This document shows positions 24,511 through 38,092 of a stretch of DNA of 64,000 nt, piece after piece; within the stretch, counting starts at the first letter, position 1; each line of letters begins with the position of its first letter. Under the pieces are notes generated by a model. The model saw only the letters and a list, made by a program, of their open reading frames with translations. It was not told the DNA's origin and searched no databases. The DNA is from Octopus bimaculoides. Lineage: Eukaryota. The position numbers and the translations under genes are program-made. The stretch is from positions 111,010,798 through 111,074,797 of the forward strand of contig NC_068981.1 of the NCBI RefSeq assembly GCF_001194135.2. Reading direction: 5' to 3'.

Positions 24511-25424
24511 AAAAGTATATTGTGACAGTTACAGAATATAGAAAGTAATGTAACACCAATGACTATATAATCCAACTAAAATATCTGTTACACAAATGTA
24601 AATGGAATTACTATTTAACCTTAAAAACATCGTACATATTCAAAGAACCTTCTTGCAGAACGTTTTTCTGGTATTCTTTTATTCTTTTATTTGTTTCAGT
24701 CATTTGATGGTGGCCATGCTGGAGCACCACCCTTTAGTTGAAGAAATTGACCGCTGGATTTATTCCCTGTAAGCCTGGTGCTTATTCTATCAGTCTCTTC
24801 TGCTGAACAGCTAAATTACAAGGCCACAAATGCACCAATATTGATTGTCAAGCAATGGTGGTGGTGGTGGGACAAACACAGACACAAACATACACACACA
24901 TACATATATATAACAGACTTGGAGGTAGTGGTGATGCTGGCTGGTGTGATTTTGTGGTTTGCTGGTATGCCGAGAGCGATCCAGCGGGCCCCTAACTGGT
25001 TCCCCAATCTTAAAGGTGTAATGCCTACGTGTAATGATGACACATCAACAAATGAGCCAGAAATTCTAACTTAAAAAATAAAGAAAGAAAAAGACAACAT
25101 TGTATTCTGAAACCAGAAAATGTTTTTTAGCTGAGGTGTAATTTTATAATGAAAACAAATTCAAAATTTAAATTTTGGAGTAAAACACCACGTATGATGT
25201 ATGGCTGTAGTTGAAATGGGTTAAAACAAATGTGTGTGTGTGTGTGTGGTTGGTTGGGCCTTTAATAGCAGTTTATGGTCAGTGGCAGAAAGCGATTCAA
25301 AATAGCAACACACACACTCATATATATACAAACATACCCATACATGCACACACATACACAAACACATGCCTAGAGAGAGAGGCAAACAGACAGACAGTGT
25401 CAGATAGTCCACAATGAAGTCTTC

Positions 25425-25471
<47 letters not shown>

Positions 25472-25845
25472 ACTTTGCCACTGACTGGAATTGTTCTAGT
25501 TCAAGCTCTTACTTCAAGCTCTTACTCTCTTTCTCTTTCTCTCTCAGTTTTTCTTCCAAAATGATTCAGTGTTTCAAGTGAAAAACATATAGGAATGTAT
25601 TAGACAGTTTTTGTTTAGAATACAGTATCCAATATTTGTTGTGGTTGAAAACACAAAACAAACGCCACCTTCCTTTGAGTCACCAACACTCCTCTCTCAT
25701 ATATATATATGTTGTAGCTGTAATTCAAAGGGGCCAGCCTTGTCATATTCTGTGTGAGGCTGAATCTCCTTGAGAGCTATGTCAATGTTACGCATGTCTG
25801 TAGAGTACTCAGCCATTTGTGAGTTAATTTTATCCTCGTGTCGTA

Positions 25846-27530
25846 ATCATCATCATCATCGTTTGACGTCCGCTATCCATGCTAGCATGGGTTGGATGAT
25901 TTGACTGAGTACTGGTGAACCGGATGGCTGCACCAGCTCCAATTTGATCTGACAGAGTTTCTACAGCTGGATGCCCTTCCTAATGCCAACCACTCCAAGA
26001 GTGTAGTGGGTACTTTTACGTGCCACCATCACGAAGGCCAGTCACGCGGTACTGACAACGACCATGCTCAAAATGGTGTTTTTTACATGCCACCTGTATA
26101 GGTGCCAGTCCAGCAGCACTGGCAATGACCTTGCTCGAACGATTTTCTAATGTGCCACTGGCACAAGTGCCAGTAAGGTGGCGCTGGTAACAATCACGCT
26201 CAAACGGTGCTATTTACATGCCACTTGCACGGAAGCCAGACAGCTGCTCTGGCAGTGATCACACTTGAACGGTGCTGTTAGTGCTCTACTGGCACAGGTG
26301 CCAGTCATTGAATATGGTTTGATTACGATTTTGATTTCACTTGCCCCAACAGGTCTTCGCAAGCAAAGTTTAGTGTCCAATGAAGGAGAGGTTGGCATGG
26401 GTGCCAGTCGTTGAATTTGGTTCGATTTGGATTTCAAATTCACTTGCCTCAACAAGTCTTCGTAAGCAGAGTTTAGTGTCCAATGAAGTAAAGATAGGAA
26501 TAAGTGAGCTGGCTACACTTCTGGCAGAGGCCACAGATTATGCTCTCACTTGGCTTGCCGGGTCTTCTCATGTACTGCATATTTCCAAAGGTCCCGGTCA
26601 CAAGTCATTGCCTCGGTGAGGCCTAAAGTTCGAAGGTCGTGCTTCACCACCTCATCCCAGGTCTTCCTGGGTCTACCTCTTCCACAGGTTCCCTCAACCG
26701 CTAGGGTGTGGCACTTTTTCACACAGCTATCCTCATCCATTCTTGCCACATGACCATACCAGCGCAGTCGTCTCTCTTGCACACCACAACTGATGCTTCT
26801 TAGGTCTAACTTTTCTCTCAAGGTACTTACACTCTGTCGAGTATGCACACCGACATTACACATCCATTGGAGCATACTGGCTTCGTTTCTTGCAAGCTTA
26901 CGCATGTCCTCAGCAGTCACAGCCCATGTTTCACTGCCATGTAGCATGCCAGTTCATAGACATGCGTCATACAGTCTACTTTTTACTCTGAGTGAGAGGC
27001 CCTTTGTCACCAGCAGAGGTAAGAGCTCTCTGAATTTTGCCCAGGCTATTCTTATTCTAGCAGCTACACTTTTAGCGCACCCTCCCCAGCTATTAACTAG
27101 ATAGTGGAAGCTATCGACTATTTCTAGTTTTTCTTCCTGGAATGTGGCAAAGGTTGTTTTCTGCACATTTTCAGTGTTTATTGCTCCTGAGCATCTGCCA
27201 CATACAAAAACTATCTTACTAGTTAGCCTTCTTTGATATTGCTGCATCTCTTATGTGTCCATAGCTTGCACTGGGTACAACTTATGGAGTTTCTACCTAC
27301 GACTTTTCTACAAATCGAGCAGGGCTATCTACCTGAAGGGGTTTGTGTTTTGTCTACCTTCCTACTTATTAGGATTTTGGTTTTAGCTAGGTTGACTCTA
27401 AGGCCCTTCGATTGTAGTCCTTGCTTCCACACCTGAAACTTCTCCTCTAGTTCTGATAGTGACTCAGCAATTAGGGCAAGGTCATCAGCATAGTGGAGCT
27501 CCAGGGGCATCCTGTCTTTGACATCCAATA
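25846..27530 (-). mobile_element. 5'-truncated RTE-clade LINE
   Basis: ELHYADDLALIAES, LRVNLAKTK, CGRC, MLHGSETW, RLRWYGHVARM, GRGRPRKTWDEVV, then 3' UTR and (GAT)n tail. Confidence 0.92.
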
Positions 27531-28161
27531 TTTGCTGTGTGTATGTATCTATGTATGAACTTTTCTTTGGATTTATGTATTTACTGTCTCTCTCTCACTT
27601 TCTCTCTTTCTCTTTCACTTCGCTTGTGTCTCTCCTCTTTCCTGCTTTTGATTTAACAATGTGTATATGTATCTATGTATCTACTTCTCTTGTGATAAAT
27701 ACCATCACCACTCACTGTGTCTTTCACTCTCTCTCTTTCTCTCTTTTCCTCTCTCTCTCACCCTCTTTCTTTCTCTCTTACATCCTCTCTGAAACATTTA
27801 AAAAGACAAAATGAATGCCATCACCACTCACTGTCTCTTTCACTCTCTCTCACTCTCTCTCTCTCTGAAACATTTAAAAACACAAAACGAATTCCGTCAT
27901 CACTCACTGCCTCTTTTACTCTCTCTTTTTTGTCTCACTCTCTCACCTTCTCTCTTACTCTCCCTTTCTCTCTCACTCTCTCTTTTAGTTCCTCTCTGTC
28001 CTCCTCTCTCTCGCTTTAGCACTTCTTTGAAGTATGTACAAAAACAAAAAGTTAGCATATTAATATTATTGATAAGTTAGAAGAATTTAAAATATAACTA
28101 CTACTTTTTAATAACTATAGTTCTTACTGCTTCATAATTACCCACTACTACTCTTAATAAC

Positions 28162-31100
28162 TGTTATGTCATGAGTTTGAATATCTTGCTGCCAATAATG
28201 CTATGATGACGTTAGGGTGTACACAAGAGAGTAGGAATAGTGTTACCCAAATAAATATTTGGAAATGGTTATCTAGAATAACCATTCACAGAATTAATAT
28301 GTTCATGCAGAATGTGATCCGTACTATGCTGAGTGTAGGTATGATATTAAACTAACACAGTAATCCAATACGACCAATCAACCCTGTCAGCTGCCGACAG
28401 CTCACACATTTTCTCTATTTTATTGAAATGTATCAATCCACTTCTGGTCACATTGGGGTGGTCAGGATTCTTCCACAACATCTCCCTTTTTTGAGAATTA
28501 GCTTCCCATAACGTCCCTTTTTGAGAATTAAACTCCATCCAGAGTTTTAATATCTCTTACACTTAGGGTTTAACTCCAGTATTTCCATTGTTTTCTTTTT
28601 TCTATTACTTGAAAGTGTAGTTTCTGTTTGTTTGAGTGTTGGTACCTCAACTGTGTTGTACAGTACTTCCATGGGAATTAAATCTCTCATGACTGTTTCT
28701 TCCATACATCTTTTTTTTAAGTTGGTTAATGTCTTTTATGTTTGACATTTTTCCTTTTACCATGAATAATATTTTTCCAATCTGTTTAATAATTACACCC
28801 AGCTTTCTTTACCATATCTATCTGATTTAAGAAAACTTTGTCACCTAATTTGAAAAATTTTGAAATATGTTTGTTGTTCACCATTTTTCTATTTTTACTT
28901 GGTATCAACTTATCAAAGACAGATCTGATCTTTCTAGCCAACATTAACTCCGCAGGTGATATTCCAGATGGGGTATTTGGATTAGGTATTACTCGGTACA
29001 CTCATAGAAATTGTTTAAGTGCTAGGCCATCCATTACGTCATTGTTTGCCTTTTTTAAAGTCCTCTTAAAAGTATCAACCAAATGCTGTGCTTGTACATT
29101 TGACCTAGGATAATACAGCAGAGGGGTCACATGTGTGATAACGAGCATTTTACAAAATTTTTTGAACTCATCTAGACACAGTGGTATCAGGAATACCATA
29201 TCTGGCAAAAAATTTGTGTAAAAAAACGTACTGTAACTTCAGATGTCAGCTTTTTACACTTATGCATTTCAGGCCACTTTGAAAAACTGTGCACCACAAC
29301 AAGGTAATATGAACCGTTAAGTGACCTGCATAATCAACATGCAGTCTGGACCATGAAATATCTGTTTTTGGCCAAGGCACAATCTCTGAATGCTTTCATT
29401 AGTTCTTCAATGTCATGGTCCATTGTTGGCCAAAATACATAACTTCTCATTAATGATTTCATTCTCAAAATCCCTGGGGGACCAATGTGAAATTCCTTTA
29501 GTAATTACTTCTGTAGTGTGGCTGGCACTATGACTCTTTGTGCGTACATTAACACATTGTCACACATTGAGAACAGGTTTGAATTTGTGTTGCGTTCAGC
29601 AAAAGCCATGTTTTTATCTCTTTTAGCTGTCAGTTTTTCTTTCATTTTCATTCTTTCAATTATTTTTGTCGTAAAAAATTTCAGAGATTTTTACACAGTA
29701 GAAATTTTTGATTACAGACTGCTCATCATAATAACAGATGATGATCAGTCTGTAGACAAAAATTTCTACTATGTAAAAATCTATGAACTTTTTTTTATAG
29801 CAAAAATAGTTGCTAGAGTCTCTCTTTCAATTTGGCTGTAATTTTTTTCTGCTCATATCAGAGAACATGAGGCATGAACCATGGTATTCATGTTACCATC
29901 TTATATTTATGAAGGATTATTGCTCCAATACCATACCTAGAGGCATCTGAAGCTACTACAATCTCCACCACAGGATTGAAATGTGCTAAAGAAAAATCTA
30001 ATGTTAATATCTTTTTAATTTTGTTAAACACCTTCTGATGATTTTCAGACAAATTCCACTTTACATGTTTTTTTAGTAGATTATTTAGTGGGACTCTTAC
30101 CTTATGTATTTTTGGTATATAAATTTGTTAATAGTTTGGAATCTCAGAAAAGCTTGTAAGGTAGATATATTTGTTGGAGGGGGCATATTTTTAATCGCAT
30201 CTACTCTTGGCAGATCTGATTGATCTCCATTTTTATCAATGATTTGTTCTAAATATTTCATTTGAGGTATGAAAAATTCACACTTCTCCTCACTCAAAGT
30301 GAAGCCATAATCCCTTAGTTTTTCAAGCACATATTTTACGTGCTTGACATGCTGATCCTGGGATTTACTTTTAATTAATCATCCAGGTAGGCCATCATGA
30401 AGTCACACTTTGCAAGCATCATCTGTTGAAATTTATCTGCAGCAACTTTTATACCAAACAGAAGCTGGTTAAACTTGTACAGACCTTTATGTGTATTGAT
30501 TGTTAGTAGCTTAGAACATTTTTCTTCCACTTGTATCTGTAAGTATGCATCAGACAAATGTAATTTTGAGAACAATTTACCACCATTTAGTTTTGAGATT
30601 TCCTCTGGGTTAGGTAATGGATAGTTATACTGTTTTGAGCTTTCATTTTGTCTTGTTGAGAAATCTGCACAAACACTTATTCTATTGTTCTTCTTTTTAA
30701 CATATACACTTGAACTCACTCAATCTGAGTAATCCATCTTTTCAATCACTCCTATTTTTTCCAGTCTGTCTAATTCTTTATTTGCCTGTTCCAGTGCTGC
30801 AAATAGAACATTATGTTTGGGTTTCAAAACTGGTAATACATTTTCTTTCACCTGAAATCTGGCTTTGAGTTTATTGCACTGACCCAACTCTTCCAAGAAA
30901 ACATCAGAGCGCAATCTTTCCATTTCTTTAAAAACATTTTCTGACTCTATGTTTGAACTGGTGCATGACCCCATTACATTTTTACAAAAATTATTTATGG
31001 GTAAATCCCATAACTTGACCAGTTCCATCCAGTCAGTTCCAAAAATGTTGCTTGTATTTTTTAATACATTAGCTTTCATGTTTATAGTCTGACCACGAAA

Positions 31101-32618
31101 TATGTTACAAATGATTTTACCATAAAAAATTAATTTAATCCCCAAGACACCATGGGCAATTTTCAATGTTTTCTGCAGTGTAGGTTTCCCAATTTTTTTC
31201 TACGGGTTTTTATTAATTAAAGTAATGTCCCTATCTGTATTTAACTATAATTTTACATTTATATTGTTAATTTTACATACACAAATTTCGTTTGGGGTTC
31301 ATTTGTATTTCTTGTTGCCAATATACTGTTTAAGTGATTTTTTTTCTGTTGAACTGTTTTTTTAGATTTTGATTTACAGTGTTTTTTTGTGACCTATCTT
31401 ACCACACTTTCAGCATTTTCAATTTTTATAAGGACAGTTGAATCTATAGTTTATTCTCCACATCCAAAACATGGGTTAATTTTCTGCTTTTCATTTCTTA
31501 CTTTCGGTCACACCAACTGTATATGTGAGTTAATTTTTTGCTTTCTTTTTTTACTTTCAGTTGCACTGACTTTATATGGGGAGCAGTTTCTTACTTCAGT
31601 TTATTCCGCATCATACCTTAGGTTTATTATTCTCTGGCATTCCTCAAATATTTCTTGTAGTGTTAGCTTCTGATTTTGTTCTAATTTAGTCAGAATTCAG
31701 TTACAAATTTCTGCATCTTTCTTTGCCATTAAAACTTGTATGAAAATTAAGCATTTAAACATATCTGGCGTTAGTTCATTAATTTTAAATTTCTTGCATT
31801 CCCTATTAACGACTCCAATGTATGTAATAAAATCTTCAACTCTTTTTTTTGTAATATTCATGCATTGCCACTGCATATTAAAGAGCTTTATTTGCTGACC
31901 TTTGAAAGGGTATCAACAGTTTCTTTAAAACAGACTTCTCCTCTGTCTCTTTGGTTATATATAGTTGCAGTATTTTTCATGTTTGGCTGGGGCTAACTTT
32001 CTTAACAAATGTCAGGTTTTTTTCATCTTAGCAGTTGGATTACTCTTCTTTAAAAATCTCCTCATGCCTTCTGTCATACACAGGAAAAGTAATACCCTCA
32101 TCCAGGTTATATATGAATTCACTGATGGAGTTTGCGACCATATCAGGGGTGAATGAAGTTATGTGAATGAAGTTGCTTCTGCAGCTGCTGTTGTTGTTGT
32201 CTCTGTAATTCAGTTACTGAAGCTAGTAATTCTTCCATGTTCCAAACTACAATCTATCCAGCCTGAATTTGAAAATCCTCGTCGCCAAAATGTTATGTTA
32301 TGAGTTTCAGTATCTCATTGCCAATAAAGTTATGATGATGTTGGGGTGTGCACAAGAGTGGAGGAATAGTATTACCCAAATAAATATTTAGATATGGTTA
32401 TCTAGAATAACCTTTCACAGAATTAATATGTTCACACAGAACGTACTCTGTGCTAAATGTAGGTACAATGTTAAACTAACACAGTAATCCGATATAAACG
32501 ATTGATACTGTCAGCTGCTGATGGTCAACTGCCAACAGTTCACACAGTTTCTTTATTTTATTGAAATGCATCAGTCCACATTTGGTCACGTGAAAATGGT
32601 CAAGATCCTTCCATAACA
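28162..32618 (-). mobile_element. Full-length decayed Ty3/Gypsy LTR retrotransposon (Mag-like)
   Basis: LTRs 28162-28480 and 32291-32618 (TGTT...AACA), 5-bp TSD ATAAC, PBS TGGCGACGAGGAT (32275-32287), PPT at 28481-28492. RT remnants (CADFS, YPLP, YLDD), RNase H (ASDASRYG) and integrase (YRVIPN...SPAELML). Confidence 0.92.
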
Positions 32619-33094
32619 ATAACCTACACAAATTTCAAATAATATATTCAACTCTAAAATCCATCAAAATACCTTGTGACCATAAAGTATGTAGAATCAA
32701 TCAAAAATAAGTACGCTATAAGTAACCACTTCTTGCCTAGCCAAGAACATTTGCTAACTTCAGCAAACATTGCTGCTGTTGCTACTGAATTTTATCCAAA
32801 CAAACAGTTGAGAAAAACATCTCACAGAAGAATGTCATGGTTTACAACTATTATCAAGCCTAATTTAAATTAATGGTGGAGGAAAATTCCTCTTCGAAAA
32901 GTTTCATACTTATATGCCCTGGAGAGATTGTACTTAATAATGCACAAATCGCTGCATGTGAATATGCAACAATATGCAGTTGGTATGATCAAACCACATG
33001 TTGGATTGTTATTATGAATAAACTAACTGGAAATAAACAAAGTTTGAATGCTCAAATTCTTCATTCTCCTCATTTGCCTTATTATATATATCTA

Positions 33095-33136
<42 letters not shown>

Positions 33137-34310
33137 TTAAATATAGGATAAAATCTTTATAAGAATTTATGAAGTAGTTAGCATGAAAAACCTCATACAC
33201 ATTAAATAATCAGATAGAAAGGAACAGAACAACAAATTAGTGTTCTAATTAATAAAGCGTCATGAAATATAAAGATTAATAGAGAGAGAACAAATTTTAA
33301 GAGTCAGAGTTCATTTTGTCAATATATCTCCCAACATTGGAATACTTTGTAAAAATATACATAAATATGAATATGTGGATACAATATAAAATATAAAACA
33401 TAAATATACTTGCCTGACATTGTATGAAGTTGTATGTCTGTGTTTGGAATCAATGAGAAAGTTATTATACATACATACATATATATATACACGCACACAT
33501 ACACACTCTCATACATATGCATATACTCATACATAGATACATGCACACACACACATTCACAGACACACACATATACATATATACACACATATAGATAAAT
33601 GTATATGTGTGCACACACACACACGTACATATACAGAGAGTTGTATTTACCTATACACATGCACACACTCACTCAATCTCACATGTACACACACATATAT
33701 TCATATAATGGACATATATACAAAATGGACAAATTGAGGGAGTGGTCTGCATCTTCCACACATTTAGTGTCCACAGGAGTCAGAACGAATATTATCAGTA
33801 TGTAATTATAAAATCCAAGGATCTAAGTGTAGAAGGTTTGTAAGCTTTGAGCAGTCCATAGTAGTTATAAAAAACAACATTCAGAAACAATAACAATTTA
33901 TTGGTGTTGAAGTTTGTACGTTTCCCGTTCAATAATTATTTTTGTACATGTTTTCCGTTCAATAATTCTTTTATTCTTTTAATTGTTTCAGTCATTTGAC
34001 TGTGACCATGCTGGAGCACTGCCTTAAAGAATTTTAGTTGAAGAAATCAACTTCAATACTTATTCTTTTCTACACGTAGTACTTATTCTATTGCTCTTTT
34101 TTGCTAAACTGTTAAGTTACAGGGATGTAAACACACCAACATCAGTTGGTAGAGGAACAAACACAGACACATACACAAATACACACACACACACACACAA
34201 ATAGTAGAAGACACTTGCCCAGGGTACCACATAGTGGGACTGAATCTGGAACCATGTGGTTGGTAAGCAACCTACTTACCACACAGCCACTCCTGCACCT
34301 ATATATATAT

Positions 34311-34535
34311 AATTGTTAAAAAGGACATCAAACATTAAGGCATGGCTAACATCTCAAGTCATATACAATATTATGACAGGAAGAAATTCAAAATCTTACA
34401 GCTCTTTCTGGAATATCTCATACTTGAGGATATTCCAGAAAGAGCTGTAAGATTTTGAATTTCTTCCTGTCATAATATTGTATATGACTTGAGATGTTTG
34501 CCTTGCCTTAATGTTTGACGTCCTTTTTAACAATT
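34311..34535. repeat. Near-perfect ~225-bp palindrome between (TA)n tracts
   Basis: Arms of ~110 bp with 3 mismatches; centre ggaatatc-tca-tact-tga-g-gatattcc. A half copy lies at 36944-37060. Confidence 0.95.
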
Positions 34536-34544
34536 ATATATATA

Positions 34545-36827
34545 CTAGCAGCTAAACCCTGTTTCACCTGGTCTGTTTGGATGATGTGGCTGTGGTCATT
34601 TTTGGTTAGGCATAATCTATAACAGTGTTTCTCAACCTTATCATTCGGGTGCCCTGTTTTGATTGGAGCCTCTAGCTGTATGAAGATTTCACCACCACCC
34701 CTGTCAGAAAATGGCTTCAGGAGTTGTGAAAAAAGAATTTGTATGTAGTCTCTTTCTAAGAGCTATTCTATTGGACATCTGTCTAATCATCAAAACATTT
34801 ATTTAATTATGAACATAGAAAGAAATTATACATTGATCCCAATTTTTGTAAGCAGTTGTATCCGTAAAAAAATTATTTGCAGAGAGCAGAAATTGAAAGA
34901 TATATGAAATGGACGTGCGTGTATGTGAGAGAGAAAGAGGGTGAGATAGAGTGAGTGAGTGAAGTTGTGTGTCATTAACTTACGTTGGCTGGCATGGCAG
35001 ATATGAAGCTTTTGAGGCGGCAGATGACTGGGGGGATTTGGAAGATGTGAAGAAATGCCGGCTTTTCAGTGAAGCACTTCTTTGTAGGCAACGTTTCTCA
35101 TTTTCCCTTCTGATGCACAAATGTATAGACTTTGTGGCCTGCCAACACGGGAGCATCTAACGTAAAGTTGACCGTGGGAGAACACTTGCTCTGTGAGATT
35201 GAAACCAACCATTTGCAATGATTGACTCTGTGCCTTATGATTCTGCATATTATGTAGTTTGAATGAGAAACTGTGTGTGAGCAACTGGTTGTGTTAATGG
35301 CAAAAGAAAGGAGAATTGCATTAGAAAAAGTTTTAATCGATGGAATAAGTCATTCATATCCGAAAACGGGGATTTTTGGCAAAAAAATTTTTGAAAGAAA
35401 GAAATTTGTGAGAAAATGGGGTGGGGGGAAGGGCGGAAGTCTTTCCAAAGTATCTTCGCAGGAAACAGCTTTAGGAGTTGTGAAGAAAGAATATGTAGGT
35501 AGTCTGTTTCTGAGAACTATTCTATTGGACCTCTGTCTAATCACGTCTTTTAAGGTACACACACATACATAGAAAATGTGAGGTCATGGTAGAAAATTTC
35601 TACGATGGAAAAGATTATGTTAAATGTTTGAAATGCAAATCTGTGAATGAAAATTAAGTTCAGACCTCTACATGGTAGGTAGACCTGGTAGAAATAGCAG
35701 CCAAATCTCCCTCAAAATACCCTACTGTACTAATGCAACAATTCTGCGTATTATGTAGTTTGAATGAGAAACTGTAAGGTGTGTGAGCAACTGGTTGTGT
35801 TAATGGCAGAAGAAAGGGGAATTGCATTAGAAAAAGTGTTAATCGATGTTCTCGGTAAGTATGGTGGCTAGGAAAAAGTAGAAGAGGCATTAAGAAGTTG
35901 ATGCTAAGAATTGCTTAAACAGAAAATGAAGCTGTAAGAATTAACGGGGAAATTGTATGTAAGAATTAATAGCAGACATATCCAATTTAAGAAAATTGAA
36001 GATAAAAGCTAAGTGAAGAAGTATGGAATAAGTAATTGTTATATGCTTATAGAAAAACAATTTATATTATAGAATAGATACATACCTGTTGAAGACGAAA
36101 ATGTATGTGAGAGCTGTTGTATTGGACGTGTGTATAATCATAGAGAAAGTGAAAGACATATGAAACGGACGTGTGTGTGTGTGTTTTTTGCGGCTAATTT
36201 GGCGGGAGTTTTGCAGTCAGCAGGAGGTGGTTTGTGTTTTATCTCTCAATCAATGGCCGGACAAGTGAAAATATTTTTTTAATATGTGTTTTGGGGAAAG
36301 GGGATCTTTTGAAGTGGGCATCAAATGAAAAGAGACATGGACAGTTTTATGACTGAACTTCTTTTGAAGTTGGCGTGAGACAGAAGAATTGATGCGTGTG
36401 TGTGTATGTTTCATGGGGTGTGCGAGACTGAGAGAGTAATGTTGATGGTGTGTGTGTATATGAGAGAGAGAGAGAGATAACTGAAATTTTCCATTCAGTT
36501 TTTGTAGTAAGTGAATGTGTGAGTGATTGNNNNNNNNNNGTTTTTGTAGTAAGTGAATGTGTGAGTGATTGACAGAGAAAAACAGAGAGAGAGAGAGAGA
36601 GAGAGAGTGGTTATGTATGTATGAATGGCTTCAGTGACAGACACTCACATGCACGCAAGTTTTAATCAATTTTCTCAGTAACTATGGGGGCTAGGAAAAA
36701 AATACAAAGCACGTTCCAATCTATTCACCCGTCTCCACATGTGTGCCATTTTTCACGCAAATCCACCCAGCCGTTCGGCCGTGAACCTTGAGACAAGAAA
36801 TAATACATGTTCAATTTATATTATAGA
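34545..36827 (-). mobile_element. Non-autonomous Helitron, copy B
   Basis: Minus strand starts A|TCTATAATATAAATTG and ends ccaggtgaaacaggg-tttagctgCTAG|T. It shares long blocks with copy A (agagctattctattg...ctgtctaatcat; gaacatagaaagaaattatacatt) and has an internal partial duplication of ~510-bp period. Confidence 0.75.
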
Positions 36828-37721
36828 TCGGTGCAGGAGTGGCTGTGTGGTAAGTAGCTTGATTACCAACCACATGGTTCTAGATTCAGTCCCACTATGT
36901 AGCACCTTGGGCAAGTGTCTTCTTCTCTGATGACAGAATACCCCATACTTGAGGATATCCCAGAAAGAGCTGTGAAATTTTGAATTTATTCCTGTCATAA
37001 TATTGTATATGACTTGAGATGTTTGCCTTGCCTTAATGTTTGATGCCCTGTTTAACAATTATATATCTGGTGCATCAGAAATTTACAATGGCTCCATAAC
37101 TACCGTCTCAGCTATAACCTTGGAGCCCTAGTAATCCATTACAGCACTTACCCAGCGTACCTAATTGTTTAGATCACCTGTGAACTAAACCCCCATACTT
37201 TGTATATATATATATATATATATATATATANNNNNNNNNNNNNNNNNNNNNNNNNNNNNNNNNNNNNNNNNNNNNNNNNNNNNNNNNNNNNNNNNNNNNN
37301 NNNNNNNNNNNNNNNNNNNNNNNNNNNNNNNNNNNNNNNNNNNNNNNNNNNNNNNNNNNNNNNNNNNNNNNNNNNNNNNNNNNNNNNNNNNNNNNNNNNN
37401 NNNNNNNNNNNNNNNNNNNNNNNNNNNNNNNNNNNNNNNNNNNNNNNNNNNNNNNNNNNNNNNNNNNNNNNNNNNNNNNNNNNNNNNNNNNNNNNNNNNN
37501 NNNNNNNNNNNNNNNNNNNNNNNNNNNNNNNNNNNNNNNNNNNNNNNNNNNNNNNNNNNNNNNNNNNNNNNNNNNNNNNNNNNNNNNNNNNNNNNNNNNN
37601 NNNNNNNNNNNNNNNNNNNNNNNNNNNNNNNNNNNNNNNNNNNNNNNNNNNNNNNNNNNNNNNNNNNNNNNNNNNNNNNNNNNNNNNNNNNNNNNNNNNN
37701 NNNNNNNNNNNNNNNNNNNNN

Positions 37722-37800
<79 letters not shown>

Positions 37801-38092
37801 TACAGTGAAGCTTTACTATAGCGTCATATATTTTTGACTGCTATTTCCAGTATATGTTGGTGCATTGTTGTACTATCTTATTTACACTTTAACTGAATGA
37901 CCTGCCCAAATGATTTGTTTATAATGATCAAATATTTGTGCCACACATTAGCTTACTTTCTCCATCAAATCAATGTTGGCTGAACTGGTGTATGATGTAC
38001 TATGCATCAGGTGTCAAAGTGATTACTGATCAACATGAGATAAAGTATTTTGCTCAAGAACACATCGCAGCTCCTAGTTTCGGAATTAAAAT

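Noticed and set aside
36497-36572. Direct repeat of ~32 bp either side of a 10-N gap
   Set aside because: Typical unmerged contig overlap, i.e. an assembly artefact.
36927-36970. CTGATGA...GAAA near the half hairpin
   Set aside because: No stem II closing pair and no stem I or III.
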